Position numbers and translations under genes: made by a program | Part shown: piece by piece, positions 1-9,331 of the stretch | Numbering within the stretch: position 1 is the first letter of the stretch | Layout of the letters: the number at the start of each line of letters is the position of its first letter | Notes under the pieces: generated by a model | Database searches by the model: none | What the model was told of the DNA's origin: nothing | What the model saw: the letters and a program-made list of their open reading frames with translations, nothing else | Source of the DNA: an uncultured Bacteroidales bacterium | GTDB lineage: Bacteria; Bacteroidota; Bacteroidia; Bacteroidales; P3 | Assembly (NCBI GenBank): GCA_947168665.1 | Contig: CAMVMX010000010.1 | Location: 37,400 to 101,399, forward strand | Direction: 5' to 3' | DNA: 64,000 bases

Positions 1-304
1 CCATCTGCGCCATCGGTATCACACATAAACGTCATTCCGTCCCCTCGCGCCGAACATGCTGCTCTGCGTGGACGGGCGGAATAGGGGCCTTGGAGCGGAG
101 TTGGAGCGGGCGGGGACTGCGGCGGCGAGACGGTGTGCCGGACGGGGCAAAAAGGCGGGGGCGCGACGGGGTTGTGGCCGGAGGCCGGCTGCGTATGACT
201 GCGGGCTGCGGATGTGGCTGCGGCGACGGGCGGACGAAATCGGGCAGGGGGTTATAAAATTGGTTAATTCGCCTCTGTGCGCGCTCGGTGTGGTTTATTA
301 TTTG

Positions 305-312
305 TATCTTTG
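305..312 (+). promoter_or_regulatory. Candidate Bacteroidetes -7 promoter box (TATCTTTG = TAnnTTTG)
   Basis: Exact TAnnTTTG match 72 nt upstream of the ATG at 384. It lies in an AT-rich patch after a GC-rich spacer. Confidence 0.4.
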
Positions 313-383
313 TAACTTGTTTGCGTATAGAGAATATTATATATATTGTTTTATATCAATCTGTTAAGAGTTGTAGAGAAATT

Positions 384-3300
384 ATGTTCAAAAATTTTGG
401 AAAACGTTTTGTGTTGTTACAAGCCCTGGTTTGGGTTTTCTTCTTTTCGGCTTCGGCCGTGGCTCAGTCCACCACATCGATGCTGGTGGGGCGTGTGGCC
501 GATGCCGAAGGTCCCTTGGCGGGGGCTCGCCTGACGGCGGTTCATACCCCTACGGGGTTGACTTACCATGTTGTGGCCAATCGGGATGGTGAATACCGCA
601 TTGGCGGCATTGTGGCTGGAGGCCCATATACGGTGAAGGCGGAGATGATGGGTTACCGCCCTTCGACAATCAGCAATGTGACGGCGCCGGTGGGCGGCCG
701 CGAGGTGGTGGACTTCGTGCTGACCATGGCCAGCACCACGCTGGGCGAGGTGGTGGTGAGCGACGAGGCCGTGCGCTCGAACATGGATGTGAAGAATTCG
801 GGTGCCTCGACCTATATCAGCAATAGCGCCTTGATGGCTATGCCTACCACCTCCCGCAGCCTGAACGATGTGATGAGGCTCACGCCGCAGGGCACCGCTT
901 CGGGCAATAGTTTCACGGTGGGCGGCGGGAGCTACCGCAGCTCGGCTGTGACAGTGGACGGCGCCGCCTTCAACAATGCCTACGGACTGGGCAGCACCAG
1001 TCTGCCGGCCGGGGGCAACCCACTGTCGCTCGACGCGATAGACCAGATGTCAATCTGTGTCACGCCGTTTGATGTGCGGCAGAGCGGTTTCCAGGGCGGG
1101 GCCATTAATGTGGTGACCCGTCAGGGCGGCAATGACTGGCACGCCTCGATCTATGACTATTACACAGGCAAGGGCTTAGGCGGGCAACGCCTGGGCGATG
1201 TGAGGCTGGCGCAGGGCAACACGCTGAGCAATGTGACGGGGTTTTCGCTGAGCGGCCCCATTGTGCGCGACAAGCTCTTCTTTTTTCTCAATGCCGAGTA
1301 TTCGCCCGAGCGTGTGCCGGGAGCCACTGCCCTGGCCCGCAGCGAGGGCGGCGCATGGGGCGGCAATGGCTACAACCGGCCCACGGTGGGGAGGATGGAC
1401 AGCATCAGGCAGTTCCTGATGGACGAGTATGGCTATGACCCCGGACGGTATCAGGACTATGCTGTCGACGCGTCGGACTATAAGCTGCTGGCCCGTCTTG
1501 ATTGGATTGTCAACCCCGACAATAGGTTCAATATCCGCTTCAGCCATACCCACACCACTATCGCTGAGGCGTCGAGCAGCATGAGCGGCCTGGGCGGAAC
1601 GAATACCCCGTTCAGCGTGAATGGCGAGTCGTATTCGTTCAACCGCACCTCGGAGGGCCGCCTGTCGGACTATGCGCTGATGTTCGAGTCCGCCCGCTAT
1701 TCGAAGAATCAGGACTTTACGTCTGTGGCGGCGGAACTGAACAGCCGGCTGTGGGAGGGGCGCGGAGGCAATGTGTTGCGCGCCACTTGGTCCTATCAGA
1801 ATGAGCCACGCAGCCACTATGGCGACTATTTTCCCACGGTGGATATACTGGAGCCTTACACCGCCGCCGACGGCAGCCGCAAGTATGCCGTCTATACCAC
1901 CTTCGGTTTGGACCCCAGCACCTATATGACCGCCAACAAGGTGAGCACGTTCAATGTGACTGACGAGTTGACGTATACGGCGGGCATACACAATCTGCTG
2001 GCGGGAGTGCAGGTGGAACACAGCAATGTGCGCAATGTGTATATGCCCGGCGGGGCGGGATGGTATGTGTTCGACTCGTGGGACAGCTTTGTCAACCGCC
2101 GCGACCCGGTGCTTTTCATGGTGGCTTACGCCAACCAACAGGACCGCTTAGCCCTGCCCGAATATGAGTTCAACTATTTCCAGCCCTCGGTCTATGTGCA
2201 GGACGAGGTGGAGTTCAGCCGCTATTTTAAGATGACGGCGGGGGTCCGGTTGGAGATGCCGATGATTCGTTTTGCCACCGACAACTATCATGAAGGCTTT
2301 GCCCGCATGGCCGAGGAAAACCCCGAGAGCAGTTTTGCGGGGTTGAACCCCGGCGACATGCCTAAGGAGCGGATAAATGTGTCGCCCCGTGTGGGATTCA
2401 ACTGGGATGTGGCCAAAGACCGCGGGGTGGTGCTGCGTGGCGGCACGGGCCTGTATACGGGTCGCATACCCAATGTGTGGTTTGTCAATGCATTGTCCAG
2501 TTCGAATATCATGTTAAACCAATATGTGTCCAATACACAGACGCACAACCCTGTGGTGCCGTTCAGCCCCCGCCGCGAGGACATTATCAACAGTGTGCCG
2601 GAGGGTCAGAACACAGCGCTGCCGTCGAGTGCGGTGATACTGGACAAGGAGTTGCGTATGCCCACCAGCTGGAAGAGCTCGCTGGCGATGGATGTGCGGC
2701 TGCCGTGGGGTATCAAAGGCACAGTGGAGGGAATCCTGTCGTACAACTACCATGAGGTGGTGGCCACCACGCTGGGCTATGCCGAGGGCGACTCGCTGCG
2801 GCTGCCCGGCGAACCGCAAGGCCGCACGTCGTATCGCGACGAGGGCATCGGCAATGGGGTGCACGGCTATCGGCTCCGCAATGCCGAGGGGCTGCATGGA
2901 CGCTATTTCTCTGTAGTGGCGCAGGCCGAGAAGCACTTCGGCTTCGGGCTGGATGTGATGGCTGCCTATACTTACAGCAATTCCCTCTCGGTGCAGGATG
3001 GCGGCGGCGACGCGGTGTATACGCTTTCGCAGACCTGCAACGTGAACGGCGACAACAGCCCGGAGCTGGGCTATACCGCCTTTGTGGCCCCGCACAGGGT
3101 GATAGCATCGGCCAACTATACCATTCGCGAAGGACGGCGCATGGCCACCAAGCTCGGCCTGTTCTATGAGGGATACAACGTGGGCATGGTGAACGGCTGG
3201 GGCTATTCGTCGCTGTCGTACCAGATGAACAATGTGGGCGGCATCAGCGCGTCGCGCCTGATGTATGTGCCCACTGATGAGGAGCTGGACGAAATGCCGT

Positions 3301-3671
3301 TTGTGAGCGATGAGAACCGCGCGGCCTTTGCTGATTATATTGCCTCCGACCGCTATTTGAGCCGCCATCGTGGCGAGTATACACGGCGCGGGGCCATGAC
3401 GGCGCCGTGGCACAACCGCATCGACATGAAGGTGTGCCAAGAGTTCTATTTCCGCGCCTTTGGACATACCACTACGCTCGAGGTGGGAGCCGACATCAAC
3501 AATGTGGCCAACCTGCTGAACAGCGAGTGGGGCACCTACAAGCAAATTTCCAGCCAGACGGTGCTGGAGTACAAGGAAGGGAAGTATACCTTTGCTGAAC
3601 CGAAGTGGAATGTATATGCCAACCTGCTGTCGGCCTGGCAGGTGCTGCTGCATGTGCGCTATTCGTTTTAG
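384..3671 (+). CDS. TonB-dependent outer-membrane receptor with N-terminal carboxypeptidase-regulatory-like domain
   Basis: Lies in ORF 288..3671. The internal ATG at 384 gives the signal peptide MFKNFGKRFVLLQALVWVFFFSASAVAQ. The LVGRVADAEGPLAGARLTAV...GPYTVKAEMMGY segment is CarboxypepD_reg-like. A long beta-barrel-type sequence follows, ending in aromatic ...HVRYSF. Confidence 0.85.
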   Translation: MFKNFGKRFVLLQALVWVFFFSASAVAQSTTSMLVGRVADAEGPLAGARLTAVHTPTGLTYHVVANRDGEYRIGGIVAGGPYTVKAEMMGYRPSTISNVTAPVGGREVVDFVLTMASTTLGEVVVSDEAVRSNMDVKNSGASTYISNSALMAMPTTSRSLNDVMRLTPQGTASGNSFTVGGGSYRSSAVTVDGAAFNNAYGLGSTSLPAGGNPLSLDAIDQMSICVTPFDVRQSGFQGGAINVVTRQGGNDWHASIYDYYTGKGLGGQRLGDVRLAQGNTLSNVTGFSLSGPIVRDKLFFFLNAEYSPERVPGATALARSEGGAWGGNGYNRPTVGRMDSIRQFLMDEYGYDPGRYQDYAVDASDYKLLARLDWIVNPDNRFNIRFSHTHTTIAEASSSMSGLGGTNTPFSVNGESYSFNRTSEGRLSDYALMFESARYSKNQDFTSVAAELNSRLWEGRGGNVLRATWSYQNEPRSHYGDYFPTVDILEPYTAADGSRKYAVYTTFGLDPSTYMTANKVSTFNVTDELTYTAGIHNLLAGVQVEHSNVRNVYMPGGAGWYVFDSWDSFVNRRDPVLFMVAYANQQDRLALPEYEFNYFQPSVYVQDEVEFSRYFKMTAGVRLEMPMIRFATDNYHEGFARMAEENPESSFAGLNPGDMPKERINVSPRVGFNWDVAKDRGVVLRGGTGLYTGRIPNVWFVNALSSSNIMLNQYVSNTQTHNPVVPFSPRREDIINSVPEGQNTALPSSAVILDKELRMPTSWKSSLAMDVRLPWGIKGTVEGILSYNYHEVVATTLGYAEGDSLRLPGEPQGRTSYRDEGIGNGVHGYRLRNAEGLHGRYFSVVAQAEKHFGFGLDVMAAYTYSNSLSVQDGGGDAVYTLSQTCNVNGDNSPELGYTAFVAPHRVIASANYTIREGRRMATKLGLFYEGYNVGMVNGWGYSSLSYQMNNVGGISASRLMYVPTDEELDEMPFVSDENRAAFADYIASDRYLSRHRGEYTRRGAMTAPWHNRIDMKVCQEFYFRAFGHTTTLEVGADINNVANLLNSEWGTYKQISSQTVLEYKEGKYTFAEPKWNVYANLLSAWQVLLHVRYSF

Positions 3672-3674
3672 TTG

Positions 3675-4589
3675 ATGGAGCCTGGGAGCTTTTATGTGGC
3701 TTTTGCGCCGCTGCAGGGCTATACCGACTGTGTGTACCGCAAGGTGCATAGCGAGGTGGCTGGTGGGGTGACGGAATATTATACGCCCTTTGTGCGGATT
3801 GAGGGCGGCGAGCTACGGCGGAAGGATTTGCGCGATATTGACATGGCGCGGAATGAGGGAGTGCCGACGGTGCCGCAGGTGATTGCGCGCGACGGTGAAG
3901 AGTTTGCGCGGCTGTGCGACGCCGTGGAGGCGGCGGGCTGGCGGCGCATCGACTTGAACATGGGATGCCCGTTCCCGATGCAGGTGAAGACCGGCCGGGG
4001 CAGCGGACTGTTGGCGCACGAGGAGCTGGTCGCGGCGATGGGAGAGGAGATGAGGCGACGGAAAGAGGTGCGATTTTCGGTGAAGATGCGCCTTGGGCAG
4101 GAGGATGCGGGTGAGTGCATGAGGCTGTTGCCGGTGGTGAATGAGATGCCGTTGGAGCATGTGGTGCTGCATCCCCGTTTAGGCAAGCAGCAGTATAAGG
4201 GCGAGCCGGATAGGGAGGCGTTTGAGCGGTTTATGGCTGAGTGTCATCACCCTGTAGTGTATAACGGCGACTTGCTCACTGTGGCGGATGTGGAGGGGGT
4301 GATGGCTCGTTGGCCGAAGCTGAAAGGGGTGATGCTGGGGCGTGGCCTGTTGGCACGGCCTTGGCTATTGGGTGGGGGAGAGCCACAGGCTGTGGTGGGC
4401 GAGCTGCACCGGAGGATTTACGATTATGCCAGCTCGGTGTTGCAGGGCGACAGCCAGATATTGGCGCGGCTGCATGCCTTCTGGGAGTATCAGACACCGC
4501 TGCTGGACAAGAAGCAATACAAAGCCATCATGAAGAGCGGAAGCCTGAGAAACTACCGTGCGGCCATCGCCGCACTGAGATGGTGCTGA
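3675..4589 (+). CDS. tRNA-dihydrouridine synthase family protein (Dus)
   Basis: Starts FYVAFAPLQGYTDCVYRKV and contains DLNMGCPFPMQVKTGRGSGLL, a Dus active-site-like motif. The ATG is 4 nt after the receptor stop codon. Confidence 0.8.
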   Translation: MEPGSFYVAFAPLQGYTDCVYRKVHSEVAGGVTEYYTPFVRIEGGELRRKDLRDIDMARNEGVPTVPQVIARDGEEFARLCDAVEAAGWRRIDLNMGCPFPMQVKTGRGSGLLAHEELVAAMGEEMRRRKEVRFSVKMRLGQEDAGECMRLLPVVNEMPLEHVVLHPRLGKQQYKGEPDREAFERFMAECHHPVVYNGDLLTVADVEGVMARWPKLKGVMLGRGLLARPWLLGGGEPQAVVGELHRRIYDYASSVLQGDSQILARLHAFWEYQTPLLDKKQYKAIMKSGSLRNYRAAIAALRWC

Positions 4590-4633
4590 GAAGTGGGGGA
4601 AGCATTTTTTTCCTGCGGTTTGAAAAAAAGTTG

Positions 4634-4641
4634 TATCTTTG
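4634..4641 (+). promoter_or_regulatory. Candidate -7 promoter box (TATCTTTG)
   Basis: Exact TAnnTTTG just after the dus stop and ~110 nt upstream of the nested inverted-repeat element. Confidence 0.35.
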
Positions 4642-4748
4642 CATCGTGAAAAGGATGTTTTTCATCATGCTTCTTTATTAAAAGGAGCAAACAAAGAACC
4701 CAATGTGTAACAAATAAAACTGCCCATGAAACATAGCGCATAGATTGA

Positions 4749-4953
4749 TATGCACATCATAGAATAGAAAAAAGCGAAGTAGCTTATCTGGTATTCTGAA
4801 ACTTCGACAACTTCATGAATACTTATCCAGATGGAAGCGACTGAGCCGCGCGTTCAGCGTGGAATTGCTCGTTATAGTTGGATAAGTATAGGTAGTCGAA
4901 GACCTCAGAATACCAATGAAAGCGAATGGTACCACGCTCTTTTTATGTGCATA
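4749..4953. ncRNA. Candidate structured RNA or nested inverted-repeat element (~205 nt extended hairpin; 6S-like shape or MITE-like)
   Basis: Four nested complementary pairs. tatgcacat (4749-4757) pairs with atgtgcata (4945-4953). ggtattctga..cttcgac (4790-4808) pairs with gtcgaag..tcagaatacc (4895-4914) as 10+7 bp. atacttatcca (4820-4830) pairs with tggataagtat (4879-4889). A small apical hairpin is ctga-N9-tcag. There is no ORF. Strand not determined. Confidence 0.4.
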
Positions 4954-5033
4954 GGTTAATGGTGCCACAAAGTAAGATTTATTCAAAAAACTAAAACCGA
5001 CGAGCCGATGGTATATAACGGGCAGAAATCAAA

Positions 5034-5402
5034 GTGAAAAAATTATTGTTTGCATTAGGCATCGTTTCAGCTTTTATTGTAGCAACTGCTTTCGTCTCTG
5101 TTGATAGAACTAACGCCTTGCCTGGACCTGGTGGAATGTGTAAGGTTGTGGGCAATTGTACAGTGGAGCTATCAAACCGTGATGAGGGCTATTATAGAGT
5201 CGAAGCACTCAACAACAATAACTATAAAGTATCAGTCGAATGGACTGCAATTGGATACAAAGATGGAAAGAAGAGGCAGGTTGGTAGCGGAACGCTGGCA
5301 CTTAATCCATGTGGTAATAATGGATACAGACAATTCTCGACTTTTCGTACCTCATGCGAAGATGTCTCATTGGATGTTGTTCGTGTGTTGAAGTGTGAAT
5401 AA
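5034..5402 (+). CDS. Small secreted Cys-containing hypothetical protein
   Basis: GTG start. The hydrophobic N-terminus MKKLLFALGIVSAFIVATAF is signal-like. AT-rich. No family recognised. Confidence 0.5.
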   Translation: MKKLLFALGIVSAFIVATAFVSVDRTNALPGPGGMCKVVGNCTVELSNRDEGYYRVEALNNNNYKVSVEWTAIGYKDGKKRQVGSGTLALNPCGNNGYRQFSTFRTSCEDVSLDVVRVLKCE

Positions 5403-5422
5403 TCAATACGACATTAACACAG

Positions 5423-5453
5423 AAGGGCATTTCGTTTACTACGAGATGCCCTT
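5423..5453. terminator. Hairpin between convergent genes (possible bidirectional terminator)
   Basis: aagggcat (5423-5430) pairs with atgccctt (5446-5453), an 8-bp stem, between the stops at 5402 (+) and 5456 (-). No clear U-run. Confidence 0.4.
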
Positions 5454-5455
5454 GT

Positions 5456-6205
5456 CTATTCAAATAATGCAAGTTGTCGGATGCCTTGGGCGCAGTAGTG
5501 CTGGTAGGGGCAGGGGTAGGGGGTGAGGCAGTGCTGGCCGGTGGGGGTGGCGGGTTCGCCGTGGGTGAGGATGTCTTTCATGACGGCGATGTGGTGCTCG
5601 ATTTCGGGGTGCGCGGCTTGGTGATCGGCGGTGAGGTCGACGATAGTGAAGGGGGTGGCGGAGGGGTCTGAGTGGTCTGAGTTTTCGGAATAATCTGAGT
5701 GTTCTGAATAATCTGAGTTATTGGGGGGATTCGATTTGGGGGCTTTGTGGACGATGTTGAAGGTGTTGATTTGTCGGCAATGGGAGATGACGTAGTGCTG
5801 CAAGGCGGCATCGCGGCGGTAGGTGTCGCTGAGGGTGCTGCCGGACTTGACTTCGTAGATGTCGAGCGAGCCGTCGGGACGGCGGTGCACTACGTCGGCC
5901 AGCACGAGCACGTCGTTGTAGAGGAAGCCCGCTTCGAAGAGGTCGACGGTGTTGTGAGTGTCTAACAGCTGTGCTGTGAGGACGGGGTAGGCGCTGGTGT
6001 CGCGTTTGAGTTGGGCGCTGATGTCTATGCCGTCGGGGAAGGTGGCTTTGAAGGAGTATTCGAATTCACGCCCTTGGTCGAAACGGCGCATCTGCTCGGC
6101 GGAGTAGCGTGCCAGCTTGGGGTTGAAAACGTCGAGCCACAGGGCACGGTCGCACTGCAGGCCACGGATGTATTTGGACTTGGTGAGGATGTAGCCTTGT
6201 GGCAT
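5456..6205 (-). CDS. PD-(D/E)XK nuclease, Cas4/DUF2779-like, with 1+3 cysteine cluster
   Basis: The internal ATG at 6205 gives MPQGYILTKSKYIRGLQCDRALW. Nuclease motifs are ADVV...LDIYEVKSG...QHY, with C-terminal CLTPYPCPYQHYC. The longer ORF (to 6433) overlaps the LOG gene and is Pro/Arg-rich. Confidence 0.65.
   Translation of the reverse strand: MPQGYILTKSKYIRGLQCDRALWLDVFNPKLARYSAEQMRRFDQGREFEYSFKATFPDGIDISAQLKRDTSAYPVLTAQLLDTHNTVDLFEAGFLYNDVLVLADVVHRRPDGSLDIYEVKSGSTLSDTYRRDAALQHYVISHCRQINTFNIVHKAPKSNPPNNSDYSEHSDYSENSDHSDPSATPFTIVDLTADHQAAHPEIEHHIAVMKDILTHGEPATPTGQHCLTPYPCPYQHYCAQGIRQLALFE
5667..5722 (-). repeat. Imperfect 18-nt (and 9-nt) in-frame tandem repeat inside the nuclease gene
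   Basis: tctgag recurs at 5667, 5676, 5694 and 5712. It encodes NSDYSEHSDYSENSDHSD. Confidence 0.7.
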
Positions 6206-6216
6206 GGCGGGAGGGG

Positions 6217-6804
6217 TCAGGCTTTGGAGCGGAGGCGGCGGGCGATGAGGTCGTCGGCGGGTGTGGGGACGAAAGAGGCCAGCATCTGCAGGAGGATGTC
6301 GGGCTGCGAGTCGACAATGAGATAGCGGGCGTCGGTGAGGTTGTAGAAGCCTTCGCCTTGCATGTGGCGGAGCATTTCCATCTGGGGGTCGAAGAAATTG
6401 AGGGTGTTGAGCAGTCCCATGGGTTTGCTGCACTGCCCCAGCTGGTTGGCGACAAGGACTTCGAAGATCTCGTCGATGGTGCCTATGCCGCCCGGGAGGG
6501 CGATAAAGGCGTCGCTGTGAGCGATGAGGTATTCTTTGCGCTCGGCGATGGAGGCGACACGCACCAGCTCGCTGACGGGCTGAGAGAGGATAATCTCCTC
6601 GGAGAAGAATGAGGGGATGACCCCCACGACGTGGCCGCCGTGCTGGAGGGCGGCACCGCTGACGGTACCCATAAGGCCGAGATTGCTGCCGCCATAGAGG
6701 AGTGTGTGGCCCCCTTGGGCAATGAGCTGGCCGAGCAGTTCGGCGGCTTGGATGTATTGGATGTTGCTGGGAAGTGTGGCTCCACAGAAGACGGATATGT
6801 TCAT
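6217..6804 (-). CDS. LOG family protein (TIGR00730, cytokinin riboside 5'-monophosphate phosphoribohydrolase-like)
   Basis: Starts MNISVFCGA and contains the PGGIGTIDEIFE motif. Confidence 0.85.
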   Translation of the reverse strand: MNISVFCGATLPSNIQYIQAAELLGQLIAQGGHTLLYGGSNLGLMGTVSGAALQHGGHVVGVIPSFFSEEIILSQPVSELVRVASIAERKEYLIAHSDAFIALPGGIGTIDEIFEVLVANQLGQCSKPMGLLNTLNFFDPQMEMLRHMQGEGFYNLTDARYLIVDSQPDILLQMLASFVPTPADDLIARRLRSKA

Positions 6805-6864
6805 TGGAAGAGTGGTGAAAGGTAAGTGGTGATTGATTATTTAGATGTTAAAATGTCTGTTTAT

Positions 6865-7479
6865 CTATCGTTTCCAGGCTCCGATGACTTCGCCGATGTA
6901 GACTGCGTGGACACCGGCGCGGAAGTCGGCATACCATTTCTTGGGGGTGTCGTTGCGGAAGTCGGTAGGGGTTTGGTGCCAGGCGGTCATGATTTCACAT
7001 TCTATCACCATGTCGGCTTCGGTGTAGTAGGGAGTGCCGTGCTCGGTGTAGGCGACGTGGAGGCTGAGAGCAGCGGCCTTGTCGCCATCGCGCCCACTGT
7101 GTGAACCCAGGTACTTGGCGATGTCGGGGTTGGAGAACTGCATGATGGTGAAGCGGGGGTAGCGGTTCATGAATTCGTAGGTGTAGCGGGCCGGGGCCAC
7201 GTAGACGGTGACGGCGGGACGGTTGTGGCCAAGATAGTTGCCGATGGAACCCCAGCCGATGGTCATGGCGTTGTTGGCGGCGGTGTCGCCGGAGCAGAGA
7301 ATGAGGTTCTCGGTGAAGAAGGTGAAGCCGTTTTTCTCGAACTCCTTCTGTACGTCGAAGGCTTTGAGTTCGGACTTCGGAGCCCCATGGGGATCCTGTT
7401 TCTTGTCGGGGTTAGAACCGCTGATGTTGAATCGGCCCAGCAGGGCTGCTGTGAGGAGGGCGAAAAAAGAATGTTTCAT
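6865..7479 (-). CDS. Flavin reductase family protein (FMN-binding split barrel)
   Basis: NAMTIGWGSIGNYLGHNRPAVTVYVAPARYTYEFM is typical of Flavin_Reduct proteins of Bacteroidetes. Confidence 0.65.
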   Translation of the reverse strand: MKHSFFALLTAALLGRFNISGSNPDKKQDPHGAPKSELKAFDVQKEFEKNGFTFFTENLILCSGDTAANNAMTIGWGSIGNYLGHNRPAVTVYVAPARYTYEFMNRYPRFTIMQFSNPDIAKYLGSHSGRDGDKAAALSLHVAYTEHGTPYYTEADMVIECEIMTAWHQTPTDFRNDTPKKWYADFRAGVHAVYIGEVIGAWKR

Positions 7480-7817
7480 TGTGCGATGGATGAATCGTGA
7501 TTATTGTATTTTGAAAAATGCTCGCGGTCGCGCTGGCGGAAGCGAATCCAGCAGTAGGATAAGAAGGCAAAGAGAAAAGACAGGAGGATGTCGCAGCCAA
7601 GATACAGGGGTATGCGGACAGGGAGGAAATCGTGGGCGAGGAATAGCTCGTAGAGGATGTAGAGGAGTGTCAGGAGGGAAAAGAAGATGAAGTTGCCAAG
7701 AAAAAGGCGGGCGCAATCCTTTCGGGTGATGGTGCGACGTAGCATCTCGTCGAAGAAGGCTTCGGGGAAAAGAAGCCGCAAGGCTCGTTTCAGTAGGGTG
7801 TTCTTATTCTGGCTCAT
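7476..7817 (-). CDS. Small membrane protein, hypothetical
   Basis: Two hydrophobic helices. Its TGA overlaps the downstream ATG (ATGA at 7476-7479), suggesting translational coupling with the flavin reductase gene. Confidence 0.5.
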   Translation of the reverse strand: MSQNKNTLLKRALRLLFPEAFFDEMLRRTITRKDCARLFLGNFIFFSLLTLLYILYELFLAHDFLPVRIPLYLGCDILLSFLFAFLSYCWIRFRQRDREHFSKYNNHDSSIAQ

Positions 7818-8041
7818 TGTATTGGATTTTTAGTTTTCATAACGTTGATGAGTGCATTTTATTGTGCTGTTTTTTTACGCTATATCCCGTTCTCGTCCTG
7901 TTGCTGTCCGCGATGTTGATTTGGAAAATTGGGGAGTCTACAGGTCTGACATAGGCTGTGATTGGCAGAAAAATAATTGTGCTAATTGAAATATTGTTTG
8001 TATATTTGGTTTGTTTTAGTTGAATATAAATGCTCATTATT

Positions 8042-8488
8042 ATGAAGAAAATCAGTATTATGGCTGCATTTATGGCAGCGTTGTTTGTATTCGGGAGTTG
8101 TGATACACCCGATAAAAAGGTGGTTGACTACGGCGCCCTGCCACAGGCGGCACAAACCTTTGTGAAGACTTATTACCCTGACAGGGTTGTGTCGGTGGTG
8201 TTGAGAGACAAGAATATTTTTGACCGGGATTATGAGGTCATTTTCTCTGATGGGGCAAACATCGATTTCACATCCAAGGGTGAGTGGACAGAAGTGGAGG
8301 ACCGCGACATGGACGGCGTCCCGCAGGCCATCCTGCCAGCTGGCATCATGACGTTTGTGACCAACAGCCATCCTGACCAGGTGGTAGTGAAAATCTCCAA
8401 GGACAGACACGGCTATGAAGTGGAGCTGTCGAACATGATAGAGCTGGAGTTCGATCAGAACGGACAGCTGATGGACTATGACGATTAA
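8042..8488 (+). CDS. PepSY-like (DUF2874-type) lipoprotein
   Basis: MKKISIMAAFMAALFVFGSC lipobox. The LPQAAQTFVKTYYPD... / GVPQAILPAGIMTFVTNSHPD... halves are repeated, typical of PepSY-like beta-lactamase-inhibitor-like proteins. Confidence 0.7.
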   Translation: MKKISIMAAFMAALFVFGSCDTPDKKVVDYGALPQAAQTFVKTYYPDRVVSVVLRDKNIFDRDYEVIFSDGANIDFTSKGEWTEVEDRDMDGVPQAILPAGIMTFVTNSHPDQVVVKISKDRHGYEVELSNMIELEFDQNGQLMDYDD

Positions 8489-8518
8489 GCGTCGGCCATT
8501 TTTGACGCAACCAAACGA

Positions 8519-8550
8519 AAGGAGGACATGGCCTGAGCCGAGTCCTCCTT
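8519..8550. terminator. Hairpin between convergent genes
   Basis: aaggaggac (8519-8527) pairs with gtcctcctt (8542-8550), a 9-bp stem. Confidence 0.4.
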
Positions 8551-8578
8551 GCCTTTAGGGTATTTGGATTTTCGGATG

Positions 8579-9085
8579 TCATTCTTGGCAATCATCGTCT
8601 TTGAAAAAGAGTCGGTCTATCCTGTGCCAGCCTTTGCGCTGGAAGAAGGCGTGGAGGCTGGCATCGTCGACCTTGTGAGCCACGATGATTCCCCCTATCC
8701 AGAGCGCTAACAGCAAAGCGTAAGACAGGAGTCGGGTGGTGGTGAGGGGAAGGCCTTTGGCGATGTGGGACTCCGTCGTGCCTATGCCGTAAACGATGAA
8801 TATCAAAGAGTAGAGCACGTCGAAAAGAAGTCTGCCGCGACGTGTTTTGTTGTCCATCTCGTCTTGGAGCGCATCGTCCAGTTGGGCGGCACGGCGATAG
8901 AAGACGCCGTAGAGGAATGCGATGATTGAGAAGAGCGGCATTAGGATGAGGCCCAGCCAGCCATTGAAATCGTGAGGCCAGATGCCGAGAGTGAGCGGCT
9001 CGCGCCACAGCAAGTATGAAGGGATAGCGAGGACGACTCCACAGACGATTAGAAACAGCCGGATGAAAAGGTCATGTGAGTTCAT
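8579..9085 (-). CDS. Multi-pass membrane protein, hypothetical
   Basis: 168 aa with about 4 hydrophobic helices. No family recognised. Confidence 0.5.
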   Translation of the reverse strand: MNSHDLFIRLFLIVCGVVLAIPSYLLWREPLTLGIWPHDFNGWLGLILMPLFSIIAFLYGVFYRRAAQLDDALQDEMDNKTRRGRLLFDVLYSLIFIVYGIGTTESHIAKGLPLTTTRLLSYALLLALWIGGIIVAHKVDDASLHAFFQRKGWHRIDRLFFKDDDCQE

Positions 9086-9331
9086 GTCTCGGAGGTGTTA
9101 TGTTGATTGATATAGAGTGACAATAATGTTCAACAGGCTGATTAACGCCATCGGGCCGAGTTTATTGTGTCCTGGTTCAACACGAACTATGTGGGCGGAG
9201 CAGGCCGATGCAACTACATCCCGAAGCGGCATGGAGGGTTCCAGGTTGAAAAAAGTATGCAATATCCGAGGACTGGGCTGCATTCTTGTCCCTCCCCGGA
9301 TATTGCATCATTGGTTTGTTCTCGCCAAGGG

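Noticed and set aside
1-383. Riboswitch (e.g. cobalamin) upstream of the TonB-dependent receptor, and ORF 56..367
   Set aside because: No B12-box-like or other riboswitch core that I recognise is present. The region is GC-rich and repetitive in G/C. ORF 56..367 is Arg/Gly/Ala-rich and ends inside the promoter region.
5456-6433. Long form (325 aa) of the nuclease ORF
   Set aside because: The first 76 codons overlap the 3' end of the LOG gene in another frame and are Pro/Arg/His-rich. The ATG at 6205 starts the recognisable domain.
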